DNA of 64,000 nucleotides, from positions 1,109,864 to 1,173,863 of the forward strand of contig NW_003314265.1 in assembly GCF_000143415.4 (NCBI RefSeq), read 5' to 3'. Every line of letters starts with the position of its first letter. Positions within the stretch are counted from its first letter, which is position 1. Below the pieces are notes generated by a model. It saw nothing but the letters and a program-made list of their open reading frames with translations, ran no database searches and was not told the DNA's origin. Source of the DNA: Selaginella moellendorffii (Eukaryota; Plantae; Lycopodiophyta). Position numbers and translations under genes: made by a program. Below, one piece after another: positions 12,121 to 23,449 of this stretch.

Positions 12121-12978
12121 ATGTGGCAAATGCTGCGTGAAGAAAGATGCCCTTTCTGGGCAAATGCTGTAAGAGGCAGATGCCGAGCAGATGTATCTCA
12201 GGCTAGCGAAGGGGACAAATGAAAGCTAGCTATAAACATGACGGGATGCAAATAGATTACTAGGCTGGTCCTGCAAAAATCAAAAACCATAATTGAAAAC
12301 ATTGAAAATGCAAAAAGAAAGGTTTATAATATTTTTGAATTTTAAGCAACCAAAGGAATGTAAGTAGGGCATGTGTTTGTAAGTTTAAAAATGCCTCAAC
12401 CACTTAAATTCCCAAGTAAATAAAGTTGTTTCTATTTTTGGTATAGGTAAACTTTATAGCGTGTGGGCTCATGCAATTTTGAACCCAAAAATGCACCAAA
12501 AAATGCTCGACTAGCATTATTCTTTGACTGGCGTGTGGCCTTATATTGCCATAAATGGACGTACACACACAGCATAATTATTCCTTTACACGGCGAATAA
12601 TCTTGGCGCGGATCGCTGACATGGCATGGCAAAGTTCAAATCACTGACATGGCATAGCTGGATCGAGGCAAGGACATGATGTGACAAAGTTCAACCTCCG
12701 ACAGCAAAGTCTAGAAGCTACTCAGTTTGAAATTTGTCAGAAGAATCATAAGATTTGGTTTGTCAGAGGATTTGATGTGACGTTCAAGCGTGTGTTATTT
12801 TTGAATTATCGAACTCATTCCTAGGTCTATCATTTTTGTGTGCCGTGTTCTTGGTTCCGCTGAGCGCAGTGAGCGCTGCTTGTGTAAGCGGCGTTGTGAG
12901 CTGTGGTTTATGCGTCTACGAGCGGTTGCGGCATTGCGAGCGCCATTGCGAGCGGCAGTTTATGCGAGTGGCAGTTCG

Positions 12979-13078
12979 TGCGAGCGGCGCTACGAGCAGT
13001 TGCGGTGTTGCGAGCGGCGCTACGAGTAGTTGCGGTGTTGCGAGCGGCGCTACGAGTAGTTGCGGTGTTGCGAGCGGC
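12979..13078 (+). repeat. 30-bp GC-rich tandem repeat x3.3
   Basis: Unit TGCGAGCGGCGCTACGAGYAGTTGCGGTGT; degenerate copies extend upstream to ~12918. Confidence 0.9.
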
Positions 13079-13270
13079 ACTGTCTTTGGTGTGGCTACCG
13101 CTTCCTCTTGATATTCGGCACTTGTGCTTCTTGGTATGTTCACCATGGAATGGCTTAGGACCACATTTAGAAATGGCATGAGGCCACATGCCATCTTGGG
13201 CCCTTGCAATTTCATGGCTAGCGTATTGTCATGTATGTTTTTACTTGCCTGCAGCTGTGTGTATATCAAG

Positions 13271-13462
13271 ATGGCATGAGGCCTCATGCCATCTTTAGCC
13301 CCTGCTAGCCTATTGCTATATTCCTTTTGCCTTGCTGCAACTGTATATATTTTTGTATGGGTGACTAGTCACGCACACAAAAATATATACAATTGCAGCA
13401 AGGCAAAAGGAATATAGCAACAGGCTAGCAGGGGCCAAAGATAGCGTGAGGCCTCATGCCAT
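13271..13462. repeat. 192-bp near-perfect loopless palindrome (96-bp arms) upstream of the transposase
   Basis: Centre GTGACT|AGTCAC at 13361-13372. The arms pair with few mismatches and each end is a copy of the 22-bp palindrome. Confidence 0.92.
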
Positions 13463-13650
13463 TAATGGTACTACTAATGGCATGAGGGCTTATGCCAATT
13501 TTGTGAATGCGAAATTTCACGTGGGTGTCAATAGCATGTTTGAATAATGGCATGTGGCCTCATGCTATTGAGGTTGTTTGGTATGTTATGATTTAGGCCA
13601 TTCTCCAATCATTTTTTGTATGGTCTTAACTTCTTTTCTGCACTTTCAGA

Positions 13651-16549
13651 ATGGCCTCCGCAAGTGCGACGCATGTTCCCTTCGTGGATCTTAAGAACCA
13701 TGCTACATGGATTCAGGCAAAGGTGTTTCTAAACAACCCCAAGGGGGAGGTAGTAGCTGAGGGCTTAGCCACAGTTGTCGATCCAAGAGATGCGGTTGCT
13801 AATCAAGAATTGGGCTGGGATGATATTGGAGTTGCGATTTTAGAGGTTGTTGACACAGAAGAAAACAATCTGACTATTGGAAGCATTGTGCGGTGGAAAT
13901 TGAGGCACTTAGTGTTTGAGAATGTGAAGGATTCACAATCAAACACCACTACAACTGATGACAGAACATCTCTTCATGGGAAAAGAAAGTACACCTTCCT
14001 AAAGCGCAGCCAAAGGGATCTGAGCAACGAACCGAAAAGGCAGAAAATGGCGATGGAGGTTCGAATGGTCTCGACAGTTGCTTGTTGCAAGAGAAGGTGC
14101 TGTCAACATGCTGATTGGGATGCTATTGAAGAAGAGAGAGCAAGATACAAGACATTGTCCTGGAAGGCAGCTTGCAATTTTGTGTATGAGGCATTACGGT
14201 CATCTGTTGATGCTTCAGAACATCAGGTGGGGGGTATGGTCTTCCAGAGGGGTTTGGTCTGCATGAAGGCATGGAGAATCATTTATGGAGTCCCTCGAAC
14301 CACATTCTACAGAATCAAAACTGAGTTCGAGGAACAAAGGGTTCAACAGGCAGTCCATAGGAACGACGGTACTCACAAAACCAGGGGTCATGTTGTATAT
14401 GGAGAGGCAATCTTCAAGAGGTTTGTCGAGACATGTAGCGAGCAGCAACCACATAAAACCCGCCTCTTGGAAGATGGAACTCGAGACACCCAACGAGTTC
14501 TCCCTTCCATGTATACCAAGGGGGCCATATTGGAAGATGTGAATCGGAAACTCCAGAGTAATGGCTACAGGAAGCTGAGCCAATCTAGATTTAGTAGATT
14601 GTGGAGCAACAGGTTCAGAGATGTGAGTATAGGAAAGTACTCCAGCTTTTCAAAGTGTGATGAGTGCACTGCTATCAAAATGGCTTTGTCGAAGAATTCT
14701 TGCATCGCTCAAGAGCGAGAGACGTTGGTTAGAAGGCGGCTTGACCACAACATCGAGCAGAGAAGTTGCAGGACTGCATATTATCATAACAGGATTCTCT
14801 CCATTGAGAGACCTGACTCTTACCTCTACATCATCCACGACAAAATGGACTAGAAAAAGACGTGCTTACCTCGACTCAATCCTGCCCCCAAGGCAATCTC
14901 TTCATCCATGCAGCTACCTGTGTCTCTGTTTGGCATAATCGCTCATGGGCATGGTGCCCAGAACTATGGGAACTTCTTTGTACCTCTATGGGGTGGCGGG
15001 GGTGCAAACATGATGATTGCGTCCCTAGCAAAACACTTAAGGTCTCTGCAAAGTGCACAGACTGAGCTGAATGGCCAACCCTTGCATAAGGCCCTTGTCG
15101 ATCGAACCCCATACAGGGTTCAGCTGGAGGAGGAGCAAAGGCTTGCAGTATCGCGTGGGGCCCCATGCCATCCCAGTGAATATGTTGGCCGTCAGATTGT
15201 AGGGTTATCACGTGAGGCCTCATGCCATTCCGACGAGGCTGGTCGCCCGGTGAATGCACAGCCTCATCCAAACGAAGCAGAATCTCAAGGAAGTTCTTGC
15301 GGCCGATGTGGCCTTCCACCCCATCTTCTGCTCCAAACAGACAATGCTGGCAGTGAGAACAAAAACATGTACGTCTTCGCGTACTTGGCGATGCTTGTTG
15401 CCAAAGGCATATTTGAAACGGTTACACTTGGCTTTCTCATGGTTGGGCACACTCATGAAGACGTCGATGCCATGTTCAGTCACCTGACAGAGTCCCTCCG
15501 GCGATCCAATGTCCTCACCCTCCCACAACTCTACGATGAATTCCAAAATTGCATGAAAGGCACTGTTGAAGCTGCACTTGTGACAGAGGTTCCAGACTTT
15601 AAAGGGTTTGTAAGAGGCTACATCAGGGATGGATCCGAAACGCTGATTGGCCACTCCAAGCCTCTTCAGTTTCATTTCAGCATGCGTGACGGTGCTCCAG
15701 TGATGAGGTACAAGATAAAAGAATGGGACACAATGTGGCTGCCAATGGACGGCATTGAACTCTTCAAGAGAGATCCCATAACTGGGGAACCTATGATTCC
15801 TCAGGGTTCCCCACGGCCAATGCACCCGAATGGACTCAAAGACCAGGAAAGTATAGTGGCCGGGATTAGACAGCATATTGCCTTCTGGAAGAGGGGGTTG
15901 GTGTTTGGTGGAGAATCCTATTTTCAGAGGTGCAAGCTTTTGCTTGAATACTAGGAGAAGATTATATCTGCTATCCAAAATGGGCCGGTTGTATATGAAG
16001 AATTGGAAGAGTCCTTTTGGCCAGAACCCAGAGCACCAGATAGTAGCGGAACAATGTCCTCTGGAAATGCAGTGATAGATAACGATGTTGAGGATCACTA
16101 TTGTGGGCCGAGGAACAAGAAGCCGGATTCAGCATTCAATCCAGTATAGGTCTGCAAAGGAATGGTCATGCTTGTCAGACCCAGTAATAAAAAACAAATG
16201 ATATGGGTGGGGCGCTGCATCACTGATGTAGAGGAGGATGCGGAAACTAACTCATTCAATATAACTGTGGAGTGGTTCAAGCCAAGTTCCGGATATACGA
16301 AGGATTGCCTAGAAAAGAGATGGGTGCTGAATCCAAGGGATCCCAGCATGAGCATATCGGTGGATAATGTTGTGCATGGTTGGATGCGGAAGCAGAGTGC
16401 CACCATCACCTTGCCAGACCATGCAAGAGATGCAGCAAGAGCATTCATAACCTGGGTTCAAGGTGAGATTCATTAATATTCCTTTACTAAGTTTCTAATG
16501 TATTTTATTTCAAGGTGAACAATCCGAATCTGAATCAGAGGAGGCGTGA
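13651..16549 (+). pseudogene. Sola-like DDD transposase (~940 codons) with three in-frame TAG stops
   Basis: ORFs 13651, 14908 and 16162 are in one frame; TAGs at 14851, 15952 and 16147. Catalytic-type motifs IIHDKMD(Q), LQTDNAGSENKN and FLMVGHTHEDVDAMFS; Cys motifs CCKRRC and KCDEC. Probable short last exon 16515-16549. Confidence 0.82.
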
Positions 16550-18083
16550 TGGCATGTGGCCTTACGCCATTCCTAGGTGAGATGATACAAATAACAAGTA
16601 TAAATTCTTAGTTGTTCTAGCAAATCTTACTTAAAGTTCAAGGTGAACAAGCCAAATATGAATTCATCGGATTGTTATAATAAATTGCGAGGTGATGGCA
16701 TGAAGCAATACGCCATTTGAGAGTGGTAGCCATTCCTATATGAGGTGAGTGAAATATTTATTAGAAATACCTCATTCAATTGTGCACTTCTAAGTCTTGG
16801 TCCACTCAGTACTGTTTGCATGTTTTTATTTTAATTCTTTCTCTAAAATGTTATTTAGCATGTGGCTTTATGCCATTGCTCTCCACAATCATGCATTGAA
16901 TTTTTCTATCCTTGCATAATACTTCTCCATATATATAGCATGTGCGCACATGTGATATGGTTCATTAGGCCTGATATAGTGTGTGAGGTAAAACAAAGAT
17001 GATGTGACATATGCATTTACCAATCACACGTGCATAAATCTAATAATATGGCGTGTGGCCCATATTAGTGGCACATAAACCCATATTATGGGCTTACGTG
17101 CTTTATGTACCATCATTCCCTTGCAGCGTGTGTGTTGGTTTCCTTTTATAACACAACGAACTCCATATTTTAGGGTGAAGAGCGTTCTCATGGCAAGCAC
17201 AAAATCTGTAAGTGAGGCAGAAAAGGAGACGGAGAAGGAGATAAGTGAAGATGTAGAATATATAAGTCTTCCAAACTCCCCGTACTATACTCCAGGTGAT
17301 CATTTTTCTGAACAAACGGCAACATTAACAACTATCGAGAACGCCCCAATAACGTCAGAGACAACAATCCAAAGCAAAACAACTGACCCAGAGAAGGATG
17401 ATAGTACCGCTGAGAGTACCAAAAAGGAGGTGTCCACTAGCGCTTAGGCTTATAATGGCATGTGCCCTCATGCCATTTACTTGATCACCAAATACCTTTT
17501 TCCCTTTGCACTAGTATATCTTAATACCGGTCTGAGAAATAGAATGGCATGTGCCCTCAGGCCTTTTACTAAATCACCTTTGAAAGAAATGCAAGCCTCT
17601 ATGTCGTAAAAAAAAGGTACTAGAGAAATTCCTTAATAATATGAATGTTATTTAGTTTCATGAAAATACACTAAGGGTCAAATGAGTTAAATGACTTCTC
17701 CAGACTAGCAATGCCTCTTGCTACACCTTCATAATTAGATTTGTTAGAAAAAGATAACATTGAATAATATCTAAATGTTTTCACCATTAAGTTATATGTC
17801 TGGCTAATAGGAATGACGTTCATCTTGGAAAGCTCACCACACGCTCAATGAACAAACAAATAGTGTGTGCGCGCATGCCATCGCTCTTCTTTAGCTTCAG
17901 ATTCGGCTTGTTCACCTTGACAATGAGATTTATTATACAACCAGATGGACTCAGTCTGGACACAAAGTCACCGCGCTAGTCACCATGCCCCAGATATGTC
18001 TAGCCCCTGGACAAAAAACATATAATTTCACGTCATTTTCAAATACTTGAAAATTTGTACTTAGTCCCATTTTACTGAATAAA

Positions 18084-18107
18084 TCCCACTTTAACGAAAT
18101 AGAGCTT
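18084..18107 (-). repeat. Right terminal inverted repeat (24 bp)
   Basis: Exact reverse complement of 4994-5017. Confidence 0.93.
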
Positions 18108-18124
18108 AAAAGAGAAAAACTTAC

Positions 18125-20224
18125 AGAAAGTAGGGACATTCTCAGCTCCCGTTCCTCGTCATCTTGCTCGGCATACTTCTTGAGTTTAGCTTTCCCTTCT
18201 TCCTGCGGACCTGCTTGTTGCTCCCTTCACTGGGCTTGGCTCCTGACCTATCCTCCTCTATGCCATCTTTCCCATTTTCCTGGGCCACTTCCTGAGTGTT
18301 TCCACCTTTCTTCAACTTCCTTCACTCTGCTTTTGATATGTACTGCTTCTCCCTGGCTACCTTTGTCTCTTGAACAGCGTCATCAACGTGGTCTTCTGTT
18401 TGAACTTCACCCAGTCCGTACTTATTCGTATCTACCTGAGACGGAAGAACGGACTTGAGCTCTAGCGCCTTATCAAGCAAGCTATCGATATCTGAGTCAG
18501 ATTGTGGAGCCTGTTCCTCATGCTCATCCATTGCTGCGTTCTCTGTTTCCAGTGCTCTAGCTTCCTCTGATTCCGCTTCCTCCGATCTAGCTTCCTCTGC
18601 TTCCATCACACTAGCTTTCTCTATCGTGCTTCCACCATCACCGCTTTCTTTTCTCTCATGAACGTTGTCCTGACTATCCTCTACACTAGCGTCGTCAATC
18701 TCTTCATCGTCCTGAATCTCTGCTTCTGGTTCTTCGTTGTCCCCTTTAGCTCTAATTCTCCTCTCGTTAAAGTGAGCAGGGATGGAGCTTTTATCAAGCC
18801 TGAAAAAGAGTCCAAACCCCATGACAAGTGGATACGGTGGAAGAAAATTCTTCTTTCCCCGTATCATGAGACTTCCAACCGTGAGATATTCACCTGTTGG
18901 GGCATTCTTGCTCACTTGATGATCATATACCCACCAAGCACTTGTAATGATCTGCGACAAACCTGTCAAAAAAAAAAAACAAAAATTGAAGGAACTGCAT
19001 TGCGAAGGATAAACAAACAGCTCGTTACCGTAGGTCCTGCAGGTCCAAAAGCATAACATACATACCTGCAGGTCCAAAAGCATAAGATGAAACATGTGAA
19101 ATCAACTTCATACTACGTACAAATTGCCTTTCTTCATGTAGCGCTTGACAATTTGTTCGTTCTGTTGAGCATCTCGTCCACTGATGATAAGATAGTTCTC
19201 ACTGCTTATGAACAGTTAAACTTTTCGAACCAGTGGTGTGTGAAATAGTTGCAACATCCTTCGCCTGTGAAAGAACTTCAAATCAGCACAAATTACAAAC
19301 AACCATAAGATTTGCTGAAACAACCATAAGATTTGCTGAAGCCATACCTTATCCATGGGTTTTGTTTTATCATCGTCATCCATATTGTCAAGATTATTGC
19401 TTAGGAGTAATGTTATGTGGTTCTTTTCGAGTTGCAAACTGTGTATGAGTCCGCTACGGGGTTGCCAGCTTTTCTTTCTTCTTTAATCATGTGTCCCAAG
19501 TCTTTCCAATCCATAGCGCAGCACGAACCACATCAATGGCTAGATCGACGTCAGCCAGGTTGTATTCGATGAGCTCAGCTGTGTGTACTGCTTGATCAAC
19601 TTCACGTTTCAGAGATTCCACTCGACTTCTCTACATGCCAGTTACGAGTTGAGAACATTTAAAATTTATTCCAGTGTTCAGTACCTGATCAACACGAATT
19701 TTTTCAAGCTTTGAGTAGGCGGAATCCTCCTGTGTCTTTCGCTGCTGGTCCAGTCGCTGGCCCTCAATCTTACTGAAGAATTCATCCAGCACCGCATCAA
19801 AAGTGTCGAACTTTACATACTCCCGGTGATGCGTCTTACGTAATGCTCTGGAGTTGATTGTGAGCCTTTGCAGATGTTCGATGAGTTTTCTCCACTCCTA
19901 TTGAAGCAGAGTGCTATCCACCTTCTCTTCCGCGGACTCTGCAGTCTTCTTCTTGGCAGTCTTGTTTGGATGAAACGTGATATATCCTTCCGGCATAAAA
20001 TCACCTGTCGTCACACTTTCCAGCCAATCTTCGAATCTTTTGATAGCTTCCAGTAGCGAATGAAGATCCTTCTCAGATACCATCGACCTGTTGGAAGCGT
20101 CACAAACTTTCATATTTGGGTGCAGGCCAGCGTCCAGAATTACGTGCTCAAACACCGCTGGTCCATAGCTAAAGCTGTCTAGCAAGATCGACCTCAAAGT
20201 AAATCCCTTGTCATCCTTTTTCAC
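18125..20224 (-). pseudogene. NEMF: NEMF/Rqc2 pseudogene, upstream exons (N-terminus missing)
   Basis: FDTFDAVLDEFFSKIEGQ, HWFEKF-(frameshift)[25 protein letters not shown], [36 protein letters not shown] and KYAEQDDEERELRMSLL. Premature TGA at 18322-18324 (SKAE*RKLK). Splices GT 18124 to AG 4945 across the transposon. Confidence 0.88.
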
Positions 20225-23200
20225 GTCATTAATCAGTGTAAATAGTTTTTATTTTTATTTTCTCTTAATATTTTTTATATTTAGGACAAGGGATCTCGCG
20301 GAAGAAATGTCTCTTAACACAAGATTGGAGCACATGGTTATTATATTTCCATCAAAACTAAAGGATCTTGAGCTCATTTTTTTTTTGCCACACTTCAGGG
20401 CTTTAGCATTTCAGAAGACAGTCCATATGGGAAAACTATTATAAAATCATAATATAAAATTTTACTTTACACCTTAATAAGATTTAGTGGTTAAAAATAT
20501 TTTTCTGAGTTAATAGTAGTTAAATTATTATTTATTTATCCAAATGATCAATTAGAATTATATAATTATAAATAGTATTTATAAAAAGTTAATTTTAGTG
20601 CATATTAACCATTGGAATAAAATTTTAGTGACTTATAAACATGTTTATAAGTTATAAATATATATTTATATGAATTAAATGGTAGAATATCCCAAAATAT
20701 CCAAGCACATTCTAGGTATATCCACCACCAGCTATAAATATATATGATAAATATTAAAATCTAAAAACTTAAAATATAAGAAATACTGAATATTATCATA
20801 ATATTCTTAAAACCCAAGAAAATGAAAGCTACAGTATATGTCCACTTATAAATAGTAAAATTGTCTTTCACAATATTGTTAAATAAATTTAAAATACATA
20901 GCTGTATTATCAATGTTATTTCCTGAAACAAGTACCAAAAATTAAATCATCAATACTATAAAATATTTTATTAAGAATAAAAATATATAAAATAAAATAA
21001 ACTAAAATCCTTCAAATCTAGAGAAATAAAAGTGAAAGTGTATATTTAAACAATTTTAGTGTGCAACATATCTGCCCATATACATAACATAGGTTTAGGG
21101 AAGTTAAATATTTTTTAAATAAATTCTATTCATATATAACACATAAATCTCTCCTAATTTATATAGTTTATGTGTGAAGTTAGTTTTTGTAAAGGTTATT
21201 CACACTTAAAACATAAATATCTTATGTAAGAAAATATGTTAAATTTGGTATACATATACAACTATCTTAACAGAATACAAATCATCATAATTGAAAGAAA
21301 GGTGGTATATCAAATAGATACTATATTATTCAAATCTTTCAAATACTACAAAGGTATAACACTAGAGTGTCTTGTACTTAAGTTCTAGTAAGTGTTAGAA
21401 TTAGATCTTCTTTTAGTTCAACAAGAGCACGTTGAGGATCTTTATATTTGATATGCTCTCTATTTTCTTTTCTTCATCTCATCTTGTGCTCAAGCGCCTA
21501 GAGTTCTTCATTTGTGTCTGTATCTCCAAGGTCTATTAGAAAGTTGTGTAAAACATGCTTTCACAACATTTGGTAGAAATGCTAGCTTCATTTGTAATCG
21601 AGAGCCAAGACACCTGATTTTCTACTTCAAGAGTCCAAAACACTATTTCACAATAACTTGAGCTTGATGGTGTTGCTTATTGAATCCCTTCTTACCAAAG
21701 TAATGATGACTCTAGAAAATGAAAGTGAAAAGATGCACAAAGGACTTCTATCATGAGACTTACCTACAATTTGAGTTGATATCCTTTATCACCTACCAAG
21801 TAAGGCTTGATGTTATGGCCAATTATATTAATTTCTGGTTCTTGCAACACCAAACAAGACTCTATTTTTTGTTGAATAGTAAATACTCACATATCATGAA
21901 CACTACCTGGAAACAGTAAATTTAGTTGATACCTTAAAAAAAACACAACTAACATGACCTAGCCAGCCATAATAGATTGATAGAAACCTCTTCCTCACAT
22001 CATAAATTGCTTGGAGAATGATGTTGTACCCCTACTTCCTATTGGGGTAATATACATTGTGTAGAGAGTTCCATTGCATAATCTCAAAGTATGTGCAATT
22101 TATAGTTCATTCAAGTAAACCATTAGAACTTACAACATTTACTACCACATGAAAAAACTATAAACATCAACGTGTGGCAATAGTCCGAGCAATAAAAGAT
22201 AAATTCAAGTTTATATTAACTAACACAAAGAGAAAAATAGAAGACATCTTGTTATGAAAACAAGTTTAGAAAGTAAATATTGTATTGTTATAAATGTGAT
22301 TGCGGGTATCGAAAGTTACCTGGACTAGTTTTTTCAGATATTCTTTTTTTACTACCACGATGGTAGGAGGTCGGTATTGCTAAACCCTTTATTAATCTCT
22401 TTTATTCAAATGTTAGTAAACTTGATTTAACATCTATACTTGGCTGGACAAGTATAAAGAAGAAATTCCTAAGTGTCTATTTAGCCAAGTATATTTGGCC
22501 TAGTTTATTAGTTCTCTTTTGCTCTATCCTACATTAATTTGACAAAAACCTTGGTGATATTAAATTTAGTCCCTCAATATTATCAAATGATAGCTTACTA
22601 TGTCTACCAAACACCCTTGTTATATTGGTCCCGTTTGGTTCTATTGGCTATTTATGGAAAGTGATAGTTGGTGGAGTACCTATATCTTCACATTAAATTA
22701 TAATATATTAAAATACCACTAAACTCTATTTGGCTCTATTTTATGTGCTAGTTCTGGTATTGGGATGTTGGATACTCTAAGATTATTCCTATGTTATTTT
22801 ATGCTTCTATCCCTTCACTCTTTGAGTGTCATGCTTGGGAGTTATTCCATGCTTCAGTTCCTTCACTCCTAGGCTCCATGTTTAGGATTTTAGCTTTGTT
22901 CTTTCATTCAGTGGCCTAAAGCCTTGAAATTCAGGTTCTGCTCCACTATCCTTGGATATATGGCACGTAGCATGTGACATGTGGGACATGGAGGGTTTAA
23001 GTTTTGCTTCATGTTTGTCCTATAGTAAAACACTATAGGGCAAAGGGTGGAAATTATGGTGCACTACATATATAAACTAGAGTAAACCCCTTGATAATAT
23101 TCCTGAAAAAAGGATAAATGGGTTATTGATTTATTTATGCAAGGACACTTTACTATTTGTATGACTTCTTATTTCCCAAAGAAATATTTGTGTCAAAACC

Positions 23201-23449
23201 TTTCACCATAGCAACACCAACGGACTCTAATGCAAGATATAACTATTTGTCTTCATGGTAGTGAACCTAATTGCAAGTTATAGGTATTCTTCTTCATGGT
23301 AGCAGATGCTGAATTTTCTCACACCAAAAGGTATGAAGTGACAAGAGAAACCCAAATGCTAGGGCTTCTTGCTTGTATCTGCCCCCGCTGCATTCACTAG
23401 AAGTGCATCCACAAGCAGAGCACAGTTGTAGCAACAAGGCTATGTATTA

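Larger units (their letters stand above)
5375..17881. repeat. Dispersed 22-bp palindrome family ATGGCRTGWGGCCWCAYGCCAT (~27 copies, confined to the transposon)
   Basis: Copies start at 5375, 6450, 6525, 7749, 7940, 8081, 9580, 10857, 10917, 10994, 12528, 13173, 13271, 13441, 13477, 13547, 15150, 15207, 16549, 16695, 16855, 16935, 17048, 17455, 17544 and 17860, with a partial copy at ~5091. Confidence 0.93.
4994..18107 (+). mobile_element. 13.1-kb cut-and-paste DNA transposon (Sola-like DDD transposase) carrying a ParB/MTase-like/FCP1 cargo gene
   Basis: Perfect 24-bp TIRs AAGCTCTATTTCGTTAAAGTGGGA (4994-5017) / TCCCACTTTAACGAAATAGAGCTT (18084-18107), flanked by AAAA on both sides (4990-4993, 18108-18111). 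Removing the element restores a ~62-bp GT-AG intron of NEMF. Confidence 0.92.

Noticed and set aside
14851-16149. In-frame TAGs as programmed readthrough, recoding or RNA editing
   Set aside because: The contexts imply different ancestral codons (CAG and TGG), and the cargo gene has similar TAG/TGA lesions; ordinary C>T/G>A decay is simpler.
5375-17881. Palindromic repeats as a CRISPR array
   Set aside because: Spacing is irregular (tens to thousands of bp), the context is eukaryotic and there are no cas genes.
4992-18109. TTAA target site (piggyBac/Sola3-like)
   Set aside because: TTAA occurs only on the right. The left flank is AAAA, and the AAGCTCT-terminated TIR with AAAA/AAAA fits without mismatches; not fully excluded without the empty site.
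20631-20652. Perfect 22-bp palindrome ACTTATAAACATGTTTATAAGT
   Set aside because: Single copy in very AT-rich DNA, unrelated to the transposon palindrome, and no supporting context.
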